Positions 37,224-47,394 of a stretch of DNA of 64,000 nucleotides are shown here, piece after piece. Under the pieces are notes generated by a model. That model had not been told where the DNA came from and did not search any database. It worked only from the letters and a program-made list of their open reading frames with translations. Position numbers and translations under genes: made by a program. The stretch is from Phycisphaerae bacterium (GTDB lineage Bacteria; Planctomycetota; Phycisphaerae; UBA1845; Fen-1342), in assembly GCA_050115495.1 (NCBI GenBank), contig JASFQK010000008.1, positions 1-64,000 on the forward strand, in the 5' to 3' direction. Position 1 is the first letter of the stretch, and each line of letters starts with the position of its first letter.

Positions 37224-38846
37224 CTACGCTTCGGTGGCGCGGTGGCGGCCGCTGATGGCGTACTCGATCGAGCGCACCTCGCGCAGCACCGTCACCTTGA
37301 TCTCCCCGGGGAACGTCACCATGTCGCTCTCGATCTTCAGCGCCACGTCGCGGGCCAGCTTCAGCGACGACGGATCGTCGATCCGGCCGGCGTCCACGAT
37401 CACGCGCACCTCGCGACCGGCCTCGATCGCGTAGGCCTGCTCCACGCCGGAGAACGACGTGGCGATCTTCTCGAGGTCCTGCAATCGCTTGATGTAGCGT
37501 TCGAGCGACTCCCGCCGGCCGCCGGGACGGGCCGCACTGATGGCGTCCGCCGCCGTCACCAGCGGCGTGTACGGATGCGTCGCCGGCACGTCGCCGTGAT
37601 GCCCCAGAATCGCGTTGAGAACGGCGGGCGGCTCGTTGAACCGTCGGGCGAACTCGTGTCCGGTCTTCGTGTGCGCCCCTTCGTGCTCGTGGTCGAGGGC
37701 CTTGCCGATGTCGTGCAGCAGGGCACAACGCCGGGCCAACTCGCCGTCCAGCCCCAATTCGTCGGCCATCATCCCGCACAGGAACGACACCTCGACGCAG
37801 TGTCGGAGCACGTTCTGGCCATAGCTCGTCCGGAACTGCAGCCGGCCGAGCGTCTCCACCAGCTTCTTGTGCAGCCCGTTGACGTTCACTTCCGCCACGG
37901 CTGCCTTGCCGGCGGCGAGAACCTGCTGGTCAACTTCCTTCGTGACCTCGGCGACGATCTCCTCGATCCGCGTTGGGTGAATCCGGCCGTCCCGGATCAG
38001 CCGATCCAGCGATAGCCGGGCGACCTCCTTCCGCACCGGGTCGAAGCAGGAAACGCTCACGATGCCCGGCGTGTCGTCGACGATCACCGTCGCGCCGGTG
38101 GCCTTTTCGAACGCACGGATGTTCCGCCCCTCACGCCCGATAATCCGACCTTTCATATCGTCCGACGCAACGTCCACCGTTGCGACCGTCGTCTCGCACG
38201 TGTGCTCGGCGGCGTAGCGCTGGATGGCAGAGATGGTGATGTAGCGGGCCTTCTCACGGGCGTTCTCCTCGGCCCGCGAAATGATCTGGTCCACGAGCTC
38301 GCCGGCTTCACGCTCGACGTCCTGCTCGATGCGGTTGAGGCACATCGCCTTGGCCTGTTCGGGTGTCAGCCGGGCGATGCGCAGCAATTCCGCCCGCTGC
38401 TGTCCGATGAGCTCTTCGAGCTCCTGACCCTTGGCGGTGATTTCCTGGTCGCGCTGGCTGAGCTGCACCTCGAGCGTGTCGATCTTGCGCTCCTTGGTGG
38501 TCAGCACGTCCAGTTTCTTGTCGAGGGAGTCTTCGCGTTTGCTCAGGCGCCGCTCGATTCCCTTGAGCTCGGACCGCGTTTCGGCGGTTTCCCGCTCAAA
38601 ACGCTCCATGCTCTCGAGATACTTCTGTTTAGCCCCTACGTCGGCCTCGTCCAGGAGCTTGCTGGCCTGGTCGCGGGCCTCGGCGAGGTGCTGCTCGGCC
38701 TCTGCCCGGCGGGTAGCCTGTTCCCGGGTTGCCTGCCAGCGATTGAGGACCCAGACGACGCCTGCGCCGACGCACAACGCCACGACTGCAATGAGCGCAG
38801 CCGTACCGAAGTCGACTGCCGCGAGGGAGTATGCTTGAGGTGCCAT
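37224..38846 (-). CDS. rny: Ribonuclease Y
   Basis: N-terminal TM, coiled coil, KH motif ([13 protein letters not shown]), [11 protein letters not shown] motif (LLHDIGK), DAISAARPG. Confidence 0.97.
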   Translation of the reverse strand: MAPQAYSLAAVDFGTAALIAVVALCVGAGVVWVLNRWQATREQATRRAEAEQHLAEARDQASKLLDEADVGAKQKYLESMERFERETAETRSELKGIERRLSKREDSLDKKLDVLTTKERKIDTLEVQLSQRDQEITAKGQELEELIGQQRAELLRIARLTPEQAKAMCLNRIEQDVEREAGELVDQIISRAEENAREKARYITISAIQRYAAEHTCETTVATVDVASDDMKGRIIGREGRNIRAFEKATGATVIVDDTPGIVSVSCFDPVRKEVARLSLDRLIRDGRIHPTRIEEIVAEVTKEVDQQVLAAGKAAVAEVNVNGLHKKLVETLGRLQFRTSYGQNVLRHCVEVSFLCGMMADELGLDGELARRCALLHDIGKALDHEHEGAHTKTGHEFARRFNEPPAVLNAILGHHGDVPATHPYTPLVTAADAISAARPGGRRESLERYIKRLQDLEKIATSFSGVEQAYAIEAGREVRVIVDAGRIDDPSSLKLARDVALKIESDMVTFPGEIKVTVLREVRSIEYAISGRHRATEA

Positions 38847-38975
38847 GGGCTCATCCGTCTGCCTTTTGTTACCAGGGGCTTTGCGCTAAGCCCCGAACGC
38901 GTGGGCGCGATGGCAGGCGTGAGCCGGGAAACCCGGCGGGAGTGGCTTTTCTTTCACGCAACCGGCCGGCAGCGG

Positions 38976-39213
38976 GACGGCACGACACTGGCGACGCGGA
39001 GGGAAGATCGGGCTTGAACGGGAATTATGATGCACATAGGCGAACGTATGATCTGCAAGCCTTATTCGGCCCGGCAATTGCCGGACCACTTTGAGCGGGC
39101 CCGAAGCGCGCTCGTATCGCTTCCCCGGACGTATCCAGGCACACACCGTTACCCCCGTGTCCAGCCGGCTCGAAGCGGCCGGTCTCGGCCACGGACGCAA
39201 CCATCGGCGCCGC
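38976..39213 (-). ncRNA. Candidate structured ncRNA upstream of rny, possibly 6S RNA
   Basis: The 5' and 3' ends pair, and there are internal hairpins with UACG and UUCG loops. Segments CUUCGAGCCG and GUUCAAG echo 6S motifs. A TATACT -10 box lies at about 39235-39240. Confidence 0.45.
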
Positions 39214-39408
39214 AACATACTGCGCACGTTACCGGAGTATAAGCGCAGTGGTAGCGTTTGACCAGCCCCCGAAACGGGTGGGTATGTCGTTTGCTTGGGC
39301 GGGCCGTCGACCGCCGCTCCGCCGGTTGCGGGCCCCTTGACGGCCGGCTAACATAATTCTTTTGGCGAGTTGAACTTGCCGCTCCTGGCCCGCATCAGGA
39401 ACCACCGG

Positions 39409-39852
39409 ATGAACCCCGAGAGCCGCCCCCCGGCCGCTGCGAACCAGACGGTGTATTGGATCATCGCCATTCTCCTGGCGGTCATCGCCACGGCCCTGTG
39501 GATGCGGGGGCCCGATCGCCTGCTGCCGACGGCCCTGGCCCAGGGGCAGCCGCTGGCCGGTGCCCGCGGCGTGTTCGCTTTCACCGGGCAATTGGATCAC
39601 AACCGGTTCGGCCTCTTCATGCTCGACGTGGATTCGGGTACGATCTGGTGCTACGAGTTGGCCAGTGCCGACGGCATGCGCAAGCTCCGTCTGGTGGCCG
39701 CCCGTACGTGGATTTACGACCGCTACTTGCAGGATTTCAACTGCGCCCCGCCTGACTTCCGGATGGTGCAGCAACTGGTCGCCGAGCAACGAGCGCGAAG
39801 CGAGGAAGCCGATGAATCCCCGCCGGAAAGCATCGGCGAGCCCGCCCCGTAG
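39409..39852 (+). CDS. Hypothetical protein with N-terminal TM helix
   Basis: Hydrophobic segment, then globular GLFMLDVDSGTIWCY...LVAARTWIYDRYL. First gene of a three-gene run. Confidence 0.75.
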   Translation: MNPESRPPAAANQTVYWIIAILLAVIATALWMRGPDRLLPTALAQGQPLAGARGVFAFTGQLDHNRFGLFMLDVDSGTIWCYELASADGMRKLRLVAARTWIYDRYLQDFNCAPPDFRMVQQLVAEQRARSEEADESPPESIGEPAP

Positions 39853-39908
39853 CCCGGTGGAAAGCCCGCAGGGGATTGAGTGAGGATTGCCGCTAGCAGG
39901 AGCGTTTC

Positions 39909-40805
39909 ATGGCCAAGCCGTTCTACTCGATGGACGAAGTATGCAAGACCCTCGGCAAGTCGCCCGACGAGATCCGTGAACTCGTGCGCGCCGGCACGCT
40001 CCGCGAGTTCCGCGACGCCGGCAAGATCTTCTTCAAGGCCGAGGACGTCAATCAGCTCGCTGGCGGCGCCAAGGGTGACACGTCCGAAATCGAGCTCGAA
40101 CCCGCCGAAGAGACGGTGGGCGAGTTGATGGACGAGCTGCCCCCGCTCACCTCCGGTTCCGGCGGCACCAGCGTCATCGGCCTCGAACCCGTCGAGGAAG
40201 AGCCCGAGGAAGAGAAAGAGGACACGGTCATCAGCGCCAGCGGCATCGGCGTCTTTGACGACGACGAGCTCGAGATCGACGCTGACCCGATGGCCAAGAC
40301 GCAGATTACGACCGGCCCGGTCGACGATCAGGTCTCGCTCGAAAGCTCCGGCAGCGGCTCCGGCCTGCTCGACCTGACCCGCGAGTCCGACGATACGTCG
40401 CTCGGCGCCGAGCTGCTCGACGAGATTTATCCCGGCGAAGACGAAGCCGCCACCGCCGAAGCCGAGCCTCAGGCCGCCGCCGAAGAGGAAGAGGAGGAGG
40501 CTGAGGAAGAAGCGGAGATCGCCCAGGTCGATGCGGGCGAAGTGCTCGCGCCCGTCATCGTCGCCACGGGCGATCCGGCGGAGGGCATCTTCTCCGGTTT
40601 CCTGGTGGGCGCTTTGATTCTGCTGGGTGTGTCCGGGGCCGTCGTTGGCGGCGTGCTGCAAGGCTACCTGCCGGACTACGCCCTGCTGCTGACCAATAGC
40701 ATCGGTGGTTTCTGGGGCTTCCTCGGCGCGTCCGTGGGCGTGGTGGCCGCGGCCGTCGTCGCCGGCTGGTTCATCGGGCGGGCCATGGCGCCTCGCCGGG
40801 CGTAA
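39909..40805 (+). CDS. MerR/excisionase-type HTH + acidic low-complexity linker + two C-terminal TM helices
   Basis: FYSMDEVCKTLGKS...LREFRDAGKIFFK, an E/D-rich middle and a hydrophobic C-terminus. Confidence 0.8.
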   Translation: MAKPFYSMDEVCKTLGKSPDEIRELVRAGTLREFRDAGKIFFKAEDVNQLAGGAKGDTSEIELEPAEETVGELMDELPPLTSGSGGTSVIGLEPVEEEPEEEKEDTVISASGIGVFDDDELEIDADPMAKTQITTGPVDDQVSLESSGSGSGLLDLTRESDDTSLGAELLDEIYPGEDEAATAEAEPQAAAEEEEEEAEEEAEIAQVDAGEVLAPVIVATGDPAEGIFSGFLVGALILLGVSGAVVGGVLQGYLPDYALLLTNSIGGFWGFLGASVGVVAAAVVAGWFIGRAMAPRRA

Positions 40806-40858
40806 CGCCGGCGCCAGGGCAAGCCGGGCGCGCCGCGAGCGCGCTCGGGAGGGTGGAC

Positions 40859-41677
40859 ATGCAACGCTGCGCTTCGTTTCTTGCGGGGCTGCTGCTGGTC
40901 GCGCTCGCCGGGTGCGTGCCCGCCCAGCAGCACCAGGATACCGAGTTCCAACTGCACCGGGTCGAGGCCGAGCGCGACAGCTATCGCCGCGCCGGCGACG
41001 ATGAACGGGCCCGCAGCGCCGCCCTGGCCGCGCAGCTCAAGACTGAGCAGCGCAAGGCGGCTTCCGCGGAGGCGGAGATCAACGCGCTGCGCTCGCGGCT
41101 CGAAACGTTGCAGACCGAGCGCGACGAGTACGCTGCCCTCATCGAGCAGCGGGCCGCGGCGCCGCTATCCCGGCCGGAGGTGCCCGCTTCGCCGTTGCCG
41201 CCCGAGGTGGACGAGGCGCTGACCTCCTTCGCGGCGAAGTACCAGCAGCGCGTCTGGTACGATCGCAGCCGTGGGGCGATGAGCTTCGCCAACGACCGCC
41301 TGTTCGATTCCGGCAGCGACGTGGTGCGATCCGATGCGCACGCGGCGTTGCACGAATTGGCCGAGCTCGCCATTCGCCTGTTGCCCCAGCGATTCGAGAT
41401 CGTTGTGGTCGGGCACACCGACGACACGCCGATCCGCCAGGAACAGACCAAGGCGCAGCATCCGACGAACTGGCATCTGTCGGTGCACCGAGCCGTCGCT
41501 GTCCGTGCTGTGCTGGAGCAGGCCGGTGTGCCGGCGGCCCGCCTCGGTGTGATGGGCTACGGCGCCGAGCGGCCCATCAGCGGCGACCGCGCCCGCAACC
41601 GCCGGGTCGAGGTCTTCTTCGTTCCCCGCGGCGACATTCGCAACTTCGACCCCGTCCGCCCCCCGGGCAATCAGTAG
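40859..41677 (+). CDS. OmpA/MotB family lipoprotein with coiled coil
   Basis: Lipobox LAGC; LFDSGS, GHTD, NWHLS..RA, NRRVE. Confidence 0.9.
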   Translation: MQRCASFLAGLLLVALAGCVPAQQHQDTEFQLHRVEAERDSYRRAGDDERARSAALAAQLKTEQRKAASAEAEINALRSRLETLQTERDEYAALIEQRAAAPLSRPEVPASPLPPEVDEALTSFAAKYQQRVWYDRSRGAMSFANDRLFDSGSDVVRSDAHAALHELAELAIRLLPQRFEIVVVGHTDDTPIRQEQTKAQHPTNWHLSVHRAVAVRAVLEQAGVPAARLGVMGYGAERPISGDRARNRRVEVFFVPRGDIRNFDPVRPPGNQ

Positions 41678-41770
41678 CGTCTCCCGGCGTGGCGGGATAC
41701 CGGACGTTTTCAGGAAGCCATGAGCCGTGAGCCTTGGGCCTTGAGCCGGAACGGCCGCCCGGCCTGGCGT

Positions 41771-43606
41771 CTACTTCCCGTTCAGCTCGTCGAGATCTCT
41801 CCTGATCTTCTGCAGATCAACCTTCATCACGTACAGGTCCGGTGCACCGTTGCGCGTGCTCATGAAGACGATGCGGCTGCCGTCGGGCGACCAGCGCGGC
41901 TCCATGTTCCGGCCCTGACCCGAGGTTAGCCGCAGCGACTCGCCGCCGGCGAACGGCATGATCCACAGATCCCATTCGCGTTCCGCGAGCGTTCGCCCTT
42001 CACCCACGGAGGCATAGACGAAGCAGGATTCGTCGGGCGCCGGGCTCGCCTGCGTGACGCGCGGCGTGAACGTCAGTTGCGTCGGCTCGCCGCCGCCGAG
42101 CGGCAGCCTCCACACCTGGGCGGTCTTGTCTTCCGGGTTGAGCAGGCTGACCAGCAGGCACTCCTCCGTCTTCGACCAGTGCAGCGGTATCGGGATCCGC
42201 GCTTCGTTCTCGTAGATCTTCGAGAACTCGCCGGAACCGAGATCCAGCACGTAGATTGCGTGAATGGAGCGGAAGGCGATCTTCGGCCCGTCGGGTGACC
42301 AGATCGGGTTGCCGCTGTTCTCGACCGGGACCGACGCCGGCACGATGCGGATGGGCACGCCGCCGGTCGCCGGCATGATGCGTACGACCGAGCCCGCGTC
42401 GCCGTCGAACACGATGTACTTGCCGTCCGGCGAGAAGCGGCCGTGGTGGGCGTGGAACTCGGTGATCCGGACCGACTCGCCGCCGTCGGGGCTCACCCGC
42501 CACAAGTTGTAGTCCTCGCGAGCCGACGTGTAGATGATGTACGAGCCGTCGGGGAACCACTCGGAGTAGCCGTTCAGGTGGCGATCGTCGGTGAGCTGGA
42601 CGAGCGCGGGGGGTTCAGCGGCGGCCTCCTTCTTTTCGACGTTCACGCGGGCGACGCGGAAGCCGGCGAGTTGGTGCTCCATCACCGGCTCGAGGGCGAA
42701 GTGCCGATCGGCTGCTTGCAGGTGGACGGGGACCGTGAAGTATGATGCGCCGCGCACGCCGCGACGGCTCTGACCCTGCTGCGTTTGCACGGCCTCGATC
42801 CACTCCCACAGGTTCCCGTCCTGATCGAACGTGCCGTACGGGCTCTTCGACTTCTCGAACGCTCCGACCGGCGTCCGCCAGTACGGCGGGCCGAGCGTGT
42901 AGCTGCCGCTCTCCTTGTCCTGGTAGTTCGCGGTGTTGCCCGGGTCGGGCGATTGCATCTTGTTGGTCGGGAGCGTGTCGGAGCTGGTGGCGTAGTCCCA
43001 GTAGTTGCCGGTCACGCCGTCGTTGCGATGAAACGCGGCCTTGTACCATTCATCCTCCGACGGGATCACCCACGTCGCGCTCGCCCGGCGGTTGATCTTC
43101 AGCAGCGCCGCATTGTCCATGGCGCCGTTGAGACGATAGGAACCATCTTCGGTCGTGGTGCGGTCCTGGTCGCCGGTCGGCTGCCCGTTGTGCAGCCAGT
43201 TGGCGAAGCGGGCCGCATCGCCCCAGGAGACGAAGTTCACCGGCCGCCTGGCCCAGTCTTCGGCGACGGCATATGTGTAGCTGTCCGGCTCGCCGCTGCG
43301 CGTGATCTGGCAACCCTCGGCCTCCGACGACATGGCCGGGTTGTGTAGCCCGTACGTGTCGGTCCGGGCGACGGCGTTGAGGAATGCTGTGTACTGTTCG
43401 GCGGTGACCTCGAACGTACCCATCTCGTACGCGTAGTCCACCTTGCCGCACCGGCGGTCCTCCCCCAGCCCGCCGGCGCCCTTCCCGGACAGTTCGGGCT
43501 TGTTGCCCGGGTTACCTACCGGGACGGTGTCGATCTTGATCTCGGCGAGCGCACTGGCGGCGAGGCAGAGTATGGCCGCCACAGCAACCAGTCGAATCGT
43601 CTTCAT
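41771..43606 (-). CDS. Secreted FGE-sulfatase (SUMF1-like) domain fused to TolB-like PD40 propeller
   Basis: Signal peptide; FEVT..QY..FLN, PVNFVSW.DA..F.NW, PSEDEWYKAA, GNLWEW, GFRV; then FSPDG/WSPDG repeats. Confidence 0.88.
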   Translation of the reverse strand: MKTIRLVAVAAILCLAASALAEIKIDTVPVGNPGNKPELSGKGAGGLGEDRRCGKVDYAYEMGTFEVTAEQYTAFLNAVARTDTYGLHNPAMSSEAEGCQITRSGEPDSYTYAVAEDWARRPVNFVSWGDAARFANWLHNGQPTGDQDRTTTEDGSYRLNGAMDNAALLKINRRASATWVIPSEDEWYKAAFHRNDGVTGNYWDYATSSDTLPTNKMQSPDPGNTANYQDKESGSYTLGPPYWRTPVGAFEKSKSPYGTFDQDGNLWEWIEAVQTQQGQSRRGVRGASYFTVPVHLQAADRHFALEPVMEHQLAGFRVARVNVEKKEAAAEPPALVQLTDDRHLNGYSEWFPDGSYIIYTSAREDYNLWRVSPDGGESVRITEFHAHHGRFSPDGKYIVFDGDAGSVVRIMPATGGVPIRIVPASVPVENSGNPIWSPDGPKIAFRSIHAIYVLDLGSGEFSKIYENEARIPIPLHWSKTEECLLVSLLNPEDKTAQVWRLPLGGGEPTQLTFTPRVTQASPAPDESCFVYASVGEGRTLAEREWDLWIMPFAGGESLRLTSGQGRNMEPRWSPDGSRIVFMSTRNGAPDLYVMKVDLQKIRRDLDELNGK

Positions 43607-43945
43607 GGTCTCTCCTTGATGTAGGCCTTCCCGTGCGTCGAACACATGTGTCAACCAGCACGGGTTCGCCGCCCCCGAGACATGGCAGTCGATTCCCGAT
43701 CCACAGACAACGTACCGACCCGCCGCCCCGTCGGCAAGCACCAGCCCGGCCCCGCGCTCCCCGTGTGGGCCGTTCTCCCCGGCTACTGTAGGAGCCCGGG
43801 ACAAGACGCCAGGGCCGCCACTGGCAAGACAAGGCAGGCGAACGCCTGACGTTGGCGGCACGCGCTGGCCGCCGCGAGGCGCGATAGATGACCCTACCGG
43901 CGTCCGCAGTCTATCGTGGCGTCCATTCCCGTGGCCCTTTATCGC

Positions 43946-43975
43946 TTGACATGGCCGGCCGCGGCATGCGATAAT
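43946..43975 (+). promoter_or_regulatory. Sigma70-type promoter
   Basis: TTGACA, 18-nt spacer, GATAAT with an extended -10 TG. Confidence 0.5.
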
Positions 43976-44192
43976 CAACCTAACATGGTCCTGGTGCCAC
44001 GCGCGGGGTGTTGTGTTTGGGAGGTCTATCGGTGCCAGGCCAGCGGTTGACGTGATGGGCGTGGTCGCTACGTTGAGCGACGAGCTTCCCAGAGAGGGTC
44101 CGGCGGGATGATTCGTCGAGCCAAGCATTTGACGATGGGGTCATGGCGGTGATGTGGAACGTGCAGCCCACGCTGCGCTAAGGGGTACAAAC

Positions 44193-44582
44193 GTGGGGAG
44201 AAGATGCGGGTTCTCGTTCTCCTGGAAGCGTGCGAGTGGGCTCTCCGGAGTGAAGAGCAGAATCTCACACAAGACTGGTATTCCTCTCACGCGATCTGGC
44301 CGCCAGCGCAAGATTGGTCGCATCATGACAGGGGGCAAGTGTTTTGTTGCCACTGCGTGCTGTGGAAGTGCTGAGCACCGGGATGTCAGGAGGTTGCGCG
44401 CATTTCGGGATGACGTGCTTCGACGCTACGCACCCGGTCGTCGGTTCATCGGGTGGTACTACAAGTGCGGGCCAGGGTTGGCCAGCATCATCGCGATTGT
44501 TCCATCGCTTCGTCTTCTGTGCCGGATACCGATTGCTGTGTTCGCGTTGGTGCTTCGCGGATGTGGAGTCCGTGGAAGGTGA
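44193..44582 (+). CDS. Small basic protein with CFI-box-CTERM-like domain
   Basis: CFVATA...DVRRLRAFRDDVL...GRRFI.WYY..GP, preceded by GFSFSWKRA...TGIPLTRSGRQRK. Confidence 0.75.
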   Translation: MGRRCGFSFSWKRASGLSGVKSRISHKTGIPLTRSGRQRKIGRIMTGGKCFVATACCGSAEHRDVRRLRAFRDDVLRRYAPGRRFIGWYYKCGPGLASIIAIVPSLRLLCRIPIAVFALVLRGCGVRGR

Positions 44583-44624
44583 TGCGTGGCTGCGTATACC
44601 TGTCTGAGACACAGAGGAGGACAG

Positions 44625-45434
44625 ATGATCTACGACGTGACGGCACCAAGCATCGGCAGGGCCGCGCAGAGCAACACGCGATCACGACGCATGACGCACC
44701 CAGGGGCTTCCCTGACAGTCTTCCTGAGCCTCGCAGTGGCTTGCTCGACACAGACTCTCCTTCTTGGCTGTGGGCGGTCGGACACGCAATCGAGTGAGCA
44801 GCGTGAGGCACAGAACGTGCAAGGGGAGCAAGCCGCGTCGAAGCTGGAATCGCCGGTTGCTCCCAGCGAAGGGACCTACACGATCATCCGCTCATCCACC
44901 ATCCCCGGCGTCAAACGCACTGTGGACGTCTGCGTCAGCAAGCGAATCTCCGAGGCGGAGCTCAGGACCATGGCCCTGGAGATCAAAGCCCAAGATCTGG
45001 GACAGTACGAACGCACGTTCATTTCGTACTACCTTCGTGGTATGGAAGTCGGCCACGGAGCGTGGGCAACGACCCATTTCAATCCAGATCTGGAGGTGTG
45101 CATTCTCGGCTTGACAGCAGAGGAAGAGCAGCAGTCGTCGACTTCAAGACCATCGGCCGCCCGGGAGGTCATCGGGTGCTGGCTTGATGACAGGCCGCAC
45201 GCCGGCGGTCGAATCACGATCTTCACCGAAGGCGGCAAGCTGTTTATCGAGCGGGCGTTCAAAGACGGTACGGTTTTGAAGAAGGAACTTGTGGAGAAGA
45301 GATCCCCACTTGGTCGCCGGTTCGATGAGGCGGAGGGGGCATGGGCAGGAAATCACTGGCTCATAGGGGCTGATGGCAACTTACAGCTTCGCGACAACGA
45401 CGGCCTGATATCGACGGCCAAGAAGATCGAGTAA
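44625..45434 (+). CDS. Hypothetical (lipo)protein
   Basis: AGGAGG RBS; LLLGC lipobox-like motif; globular YERTFISY...AWATTHFNP. Confidence 0.65.
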   Translation: MIYDVTAPSIGRAAQSNTRSRRMTHPGASLTVFLSLAVACSTQTLLLGCGRSDTQSSEQREAQNVQGEQAASKLESPVAPSEGTYTIIRSSTIPGVKRTVDVCVSKRISEAELRTMALEIKAQDLGQYERTFISYYLRGMEVGHGAWATTHFNPDLEVCILGLTAEEEQQSSTSRPSAAREVIGCWLDDRPHAGGRITIFTEGGKLFIERAFKDGTVLKKELVEKRSPLGRRFDEAEGAWAGNHWLIGADGNLQLRDNDGLISTAKKIE

Positions 45435-45707
45435 GCGGCTTTCGACTAGCGCCGGGGTGATTGCCAGCCTTTGGGAGGGAGTGGTTGCCGCTGCGCCGAA
45501 GGCGATAGCGGCCGACAACCTGAGCCTGGAAGCCGTTCAAGCCGCGTCGCCTCGGCAGTTCACTGCCGACAGCCGGGATGCACGCATCCGCCTGTGTCAG
45601 CTCCGTCGTCGTCAGTGATTCTCGAACGCGGCCACCACCGTTACACTGCCTCACGCCGCTCGTACGTGATGGGAACATACAAGCAAACCGGGACGGGAGC
45701 GCGTGAT

Positions 45708-46577
45708 ATGACGGGAACCATCGCCAGTTCAAACCGGCTCCGTTGTCTGGTCCTCACGATCCTGCCGGCAGTGGCTGCGCTCGGCACTGCGCAGGCGCCG
45801 CCGCCGAGTAAAGCGGTGGACGGGGGGAAGCTGCCGCCGGCGGTGGACTTGCGGCCGCGGTTTGCGGGGGCGGGGCTGACGGTGCGGGCGCAGGGTGGGC
45901 GGAATACGTGCTCCGTCTTCGCCGTCGTCGGGGCGATGGAGTACGCCCTCGCTCGCCACGACGGCACCGGCACGCGGCTGAGCGTTGAGTTCCTCAACTG
46001 GGCGTCCAACGCCGCCACGAACAACTCCGCCGACGGCTCGTTCTTCTCGGATCTGTGGAAGGGCTTCGAAGCCTACGGCGTCTGCGACGAGGCCGACCAG
46101 CCCTACCAGAAGAAGTTCGACCAGCAGTTCCGCCCGAGCGACGAAACGCTGCAACGGGCAGCGCGTCGGCGGGACGCCGGCCTGCGGCTGCACTGGATCA
46201 AGCCGTGGGACGTGACCACCGGGCTGACCGACGCCGAGTTTGTCGAGATTAAGCGCACGCTGTCGCAGAATTGGCCCGTCTGCGGCGGTTTGCGCTGGCC
46301 GAAGAAGGAGCACTGGACCGCCGGCGTGCTCGATATGGCTCCGCCCGAAGGCGTCCGCGACGGGCACAGTGTTCTTCTTGTCGGCTATCGCGACGATCCG
46401 GCCCTCGCCGGGGGCGGCGCGTTCCTGATTCGCAACTCGGGCAAGGGCCAGCCCGAAGGGTGGATGACCTACGAGTACGCCCGCGCGTACATGAACGACG
46501 CGATCTGGATCGAGAGCCCCGCGCCGCCAGCGCGGCCAGCTTCACAGCCGGCTGACGCAGTTCTTCCAAGCGAGTGA
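45708..46577 (+). CDS. Secreted C1 (papain-like) cysteine peptidase
   Basis: VDLR, QGGRNTCSVFA (Gln and Cys), GHSVLLVGY (His), IRNS (Asn). Confidence 0.88.
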   Translation: MTGTIASSNRLRCLVLTILPAVAALGTAQAPPPSKAVDGGKLPPAVDLRPRFAGAGLTVRAQGGRNTCSVFAVVGAMEYALARHDGTGTRLSVEFLNWASNAATNNSADGSFFSDLWKGFEAYGVCDEADQPYQKKFDQQFRPSDETLQRAARRRDAGLRLHWIKPWDVTTGLTDAEFVEIKRTLSQNWPVCGGLRWPKKEHWTAGVLDMAPPEGVRDGHSVLLVGYRDDPALAGGGAFLIRNSGKGQPEGWMTYEYARAYMNDAIWIESPAPPARPASQPADAVLPSE

Positions 46578-46836
46578 GGTGGGGAGTCTGGCGATCGGTT
46601 GTTCTCGAAGTCCTCTTGCTCGTTGCGTTTACTGTTGAGAGTCCGCGCGCCGGCCGTGCGCGTCGCTCTGCACATACCGCCTTTCCGGGTGACAGTTGAA
46701 GGGGGATGTTCATGAGCCGATGTGAGGTGACGCGCCCGATTGGCCGAGCATAGTGATAGGCACGATGATCGTATCGGAGCGTGACGACTCGTGTGTGGCG
46801 GATTCCGTATCCGTAACACATGCAGGGGCCAATGCC

Positions 46837-47205
46837 ATGCGCACGATTGACCACCGCGAGAATCTGAGCATCCTGAGGGAGAAGGTTGCGGCGTTTCTTG
46901 AAGGCTGGGCGGCGGCAGTACGCGCGGCCGAGTTGAGTGGGCGTTCACCCGCTTGCCCTGAATACGAGAACTCGCTTCGTTTGCCTGATGATCGGTTCGT
47001 CGCCGTCTTGCAGGGCGAGGGCGATCGAAACGGTGTGACCCTGCAATACTGTGTCGGCTCTGGCTCGCGAGTGAACGTGCGCGGTGAGCCCTTTGACCGG
47101 CACGCTCCTCGTGAGAGCTGGGAATCAATCGCGCGCATGCAGACCCCTTGGGTGGTGAACGCGCTGTTGGTGACGGCGCTCTCCGACTGGAACCGTAGCG
47201 CGTAG
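46837..47205 (+). CDS. Hypothetical protein
   Basis: Open frame with protein-like composition; no motif recognised. Confidence 0.4.
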   Translation: MRTIDHRENLSILREKVAAFLEGWAAAVRAAELSGRSPACPEYENSLRLPDDRFVAVLQGEGDRNGVTLQYCVGSGSRVNVRGEPFDRHAPRESWESIARMQTPWVVNALLVTALSDWNRSA

Positions 47206-47282
47206 CGGTCTCTGCGGCCGCCGCTGCCGCGCCGACTGCGTTCTGCACCGGCCTCAGATGGCAACGAGGCGCGCCTCCCGGT

Positions 47283-47370
47283 GTGTGGTATGCCGAGGGC
47301 AAAGACGCCGGCAGGTCGGCTTGGCGACAACGGGCTACATGCCCGTGCCCAGGGGTTGGGCATGCCACAC
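47283..47370. repeat. Diverged GTGTGGCATG-family REPIN
   Basis: GTGTGGTATGCC ... GGCATGCCACAC ends, about the same length as 31971-32057. Confidence 0.55.
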
Positions 47371-47394
47371 TCTGGGACGCTTGCCGGGTCCCTA

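Noticed and set aside
38976..39213. tmRNA, RNase P RNA, SRP RNA or group II intron
   Set aside because: No tRNA-like ends or tag frame, no GAGGAAAGUCC, no SRP loop motif and no domain V sequence were seen.
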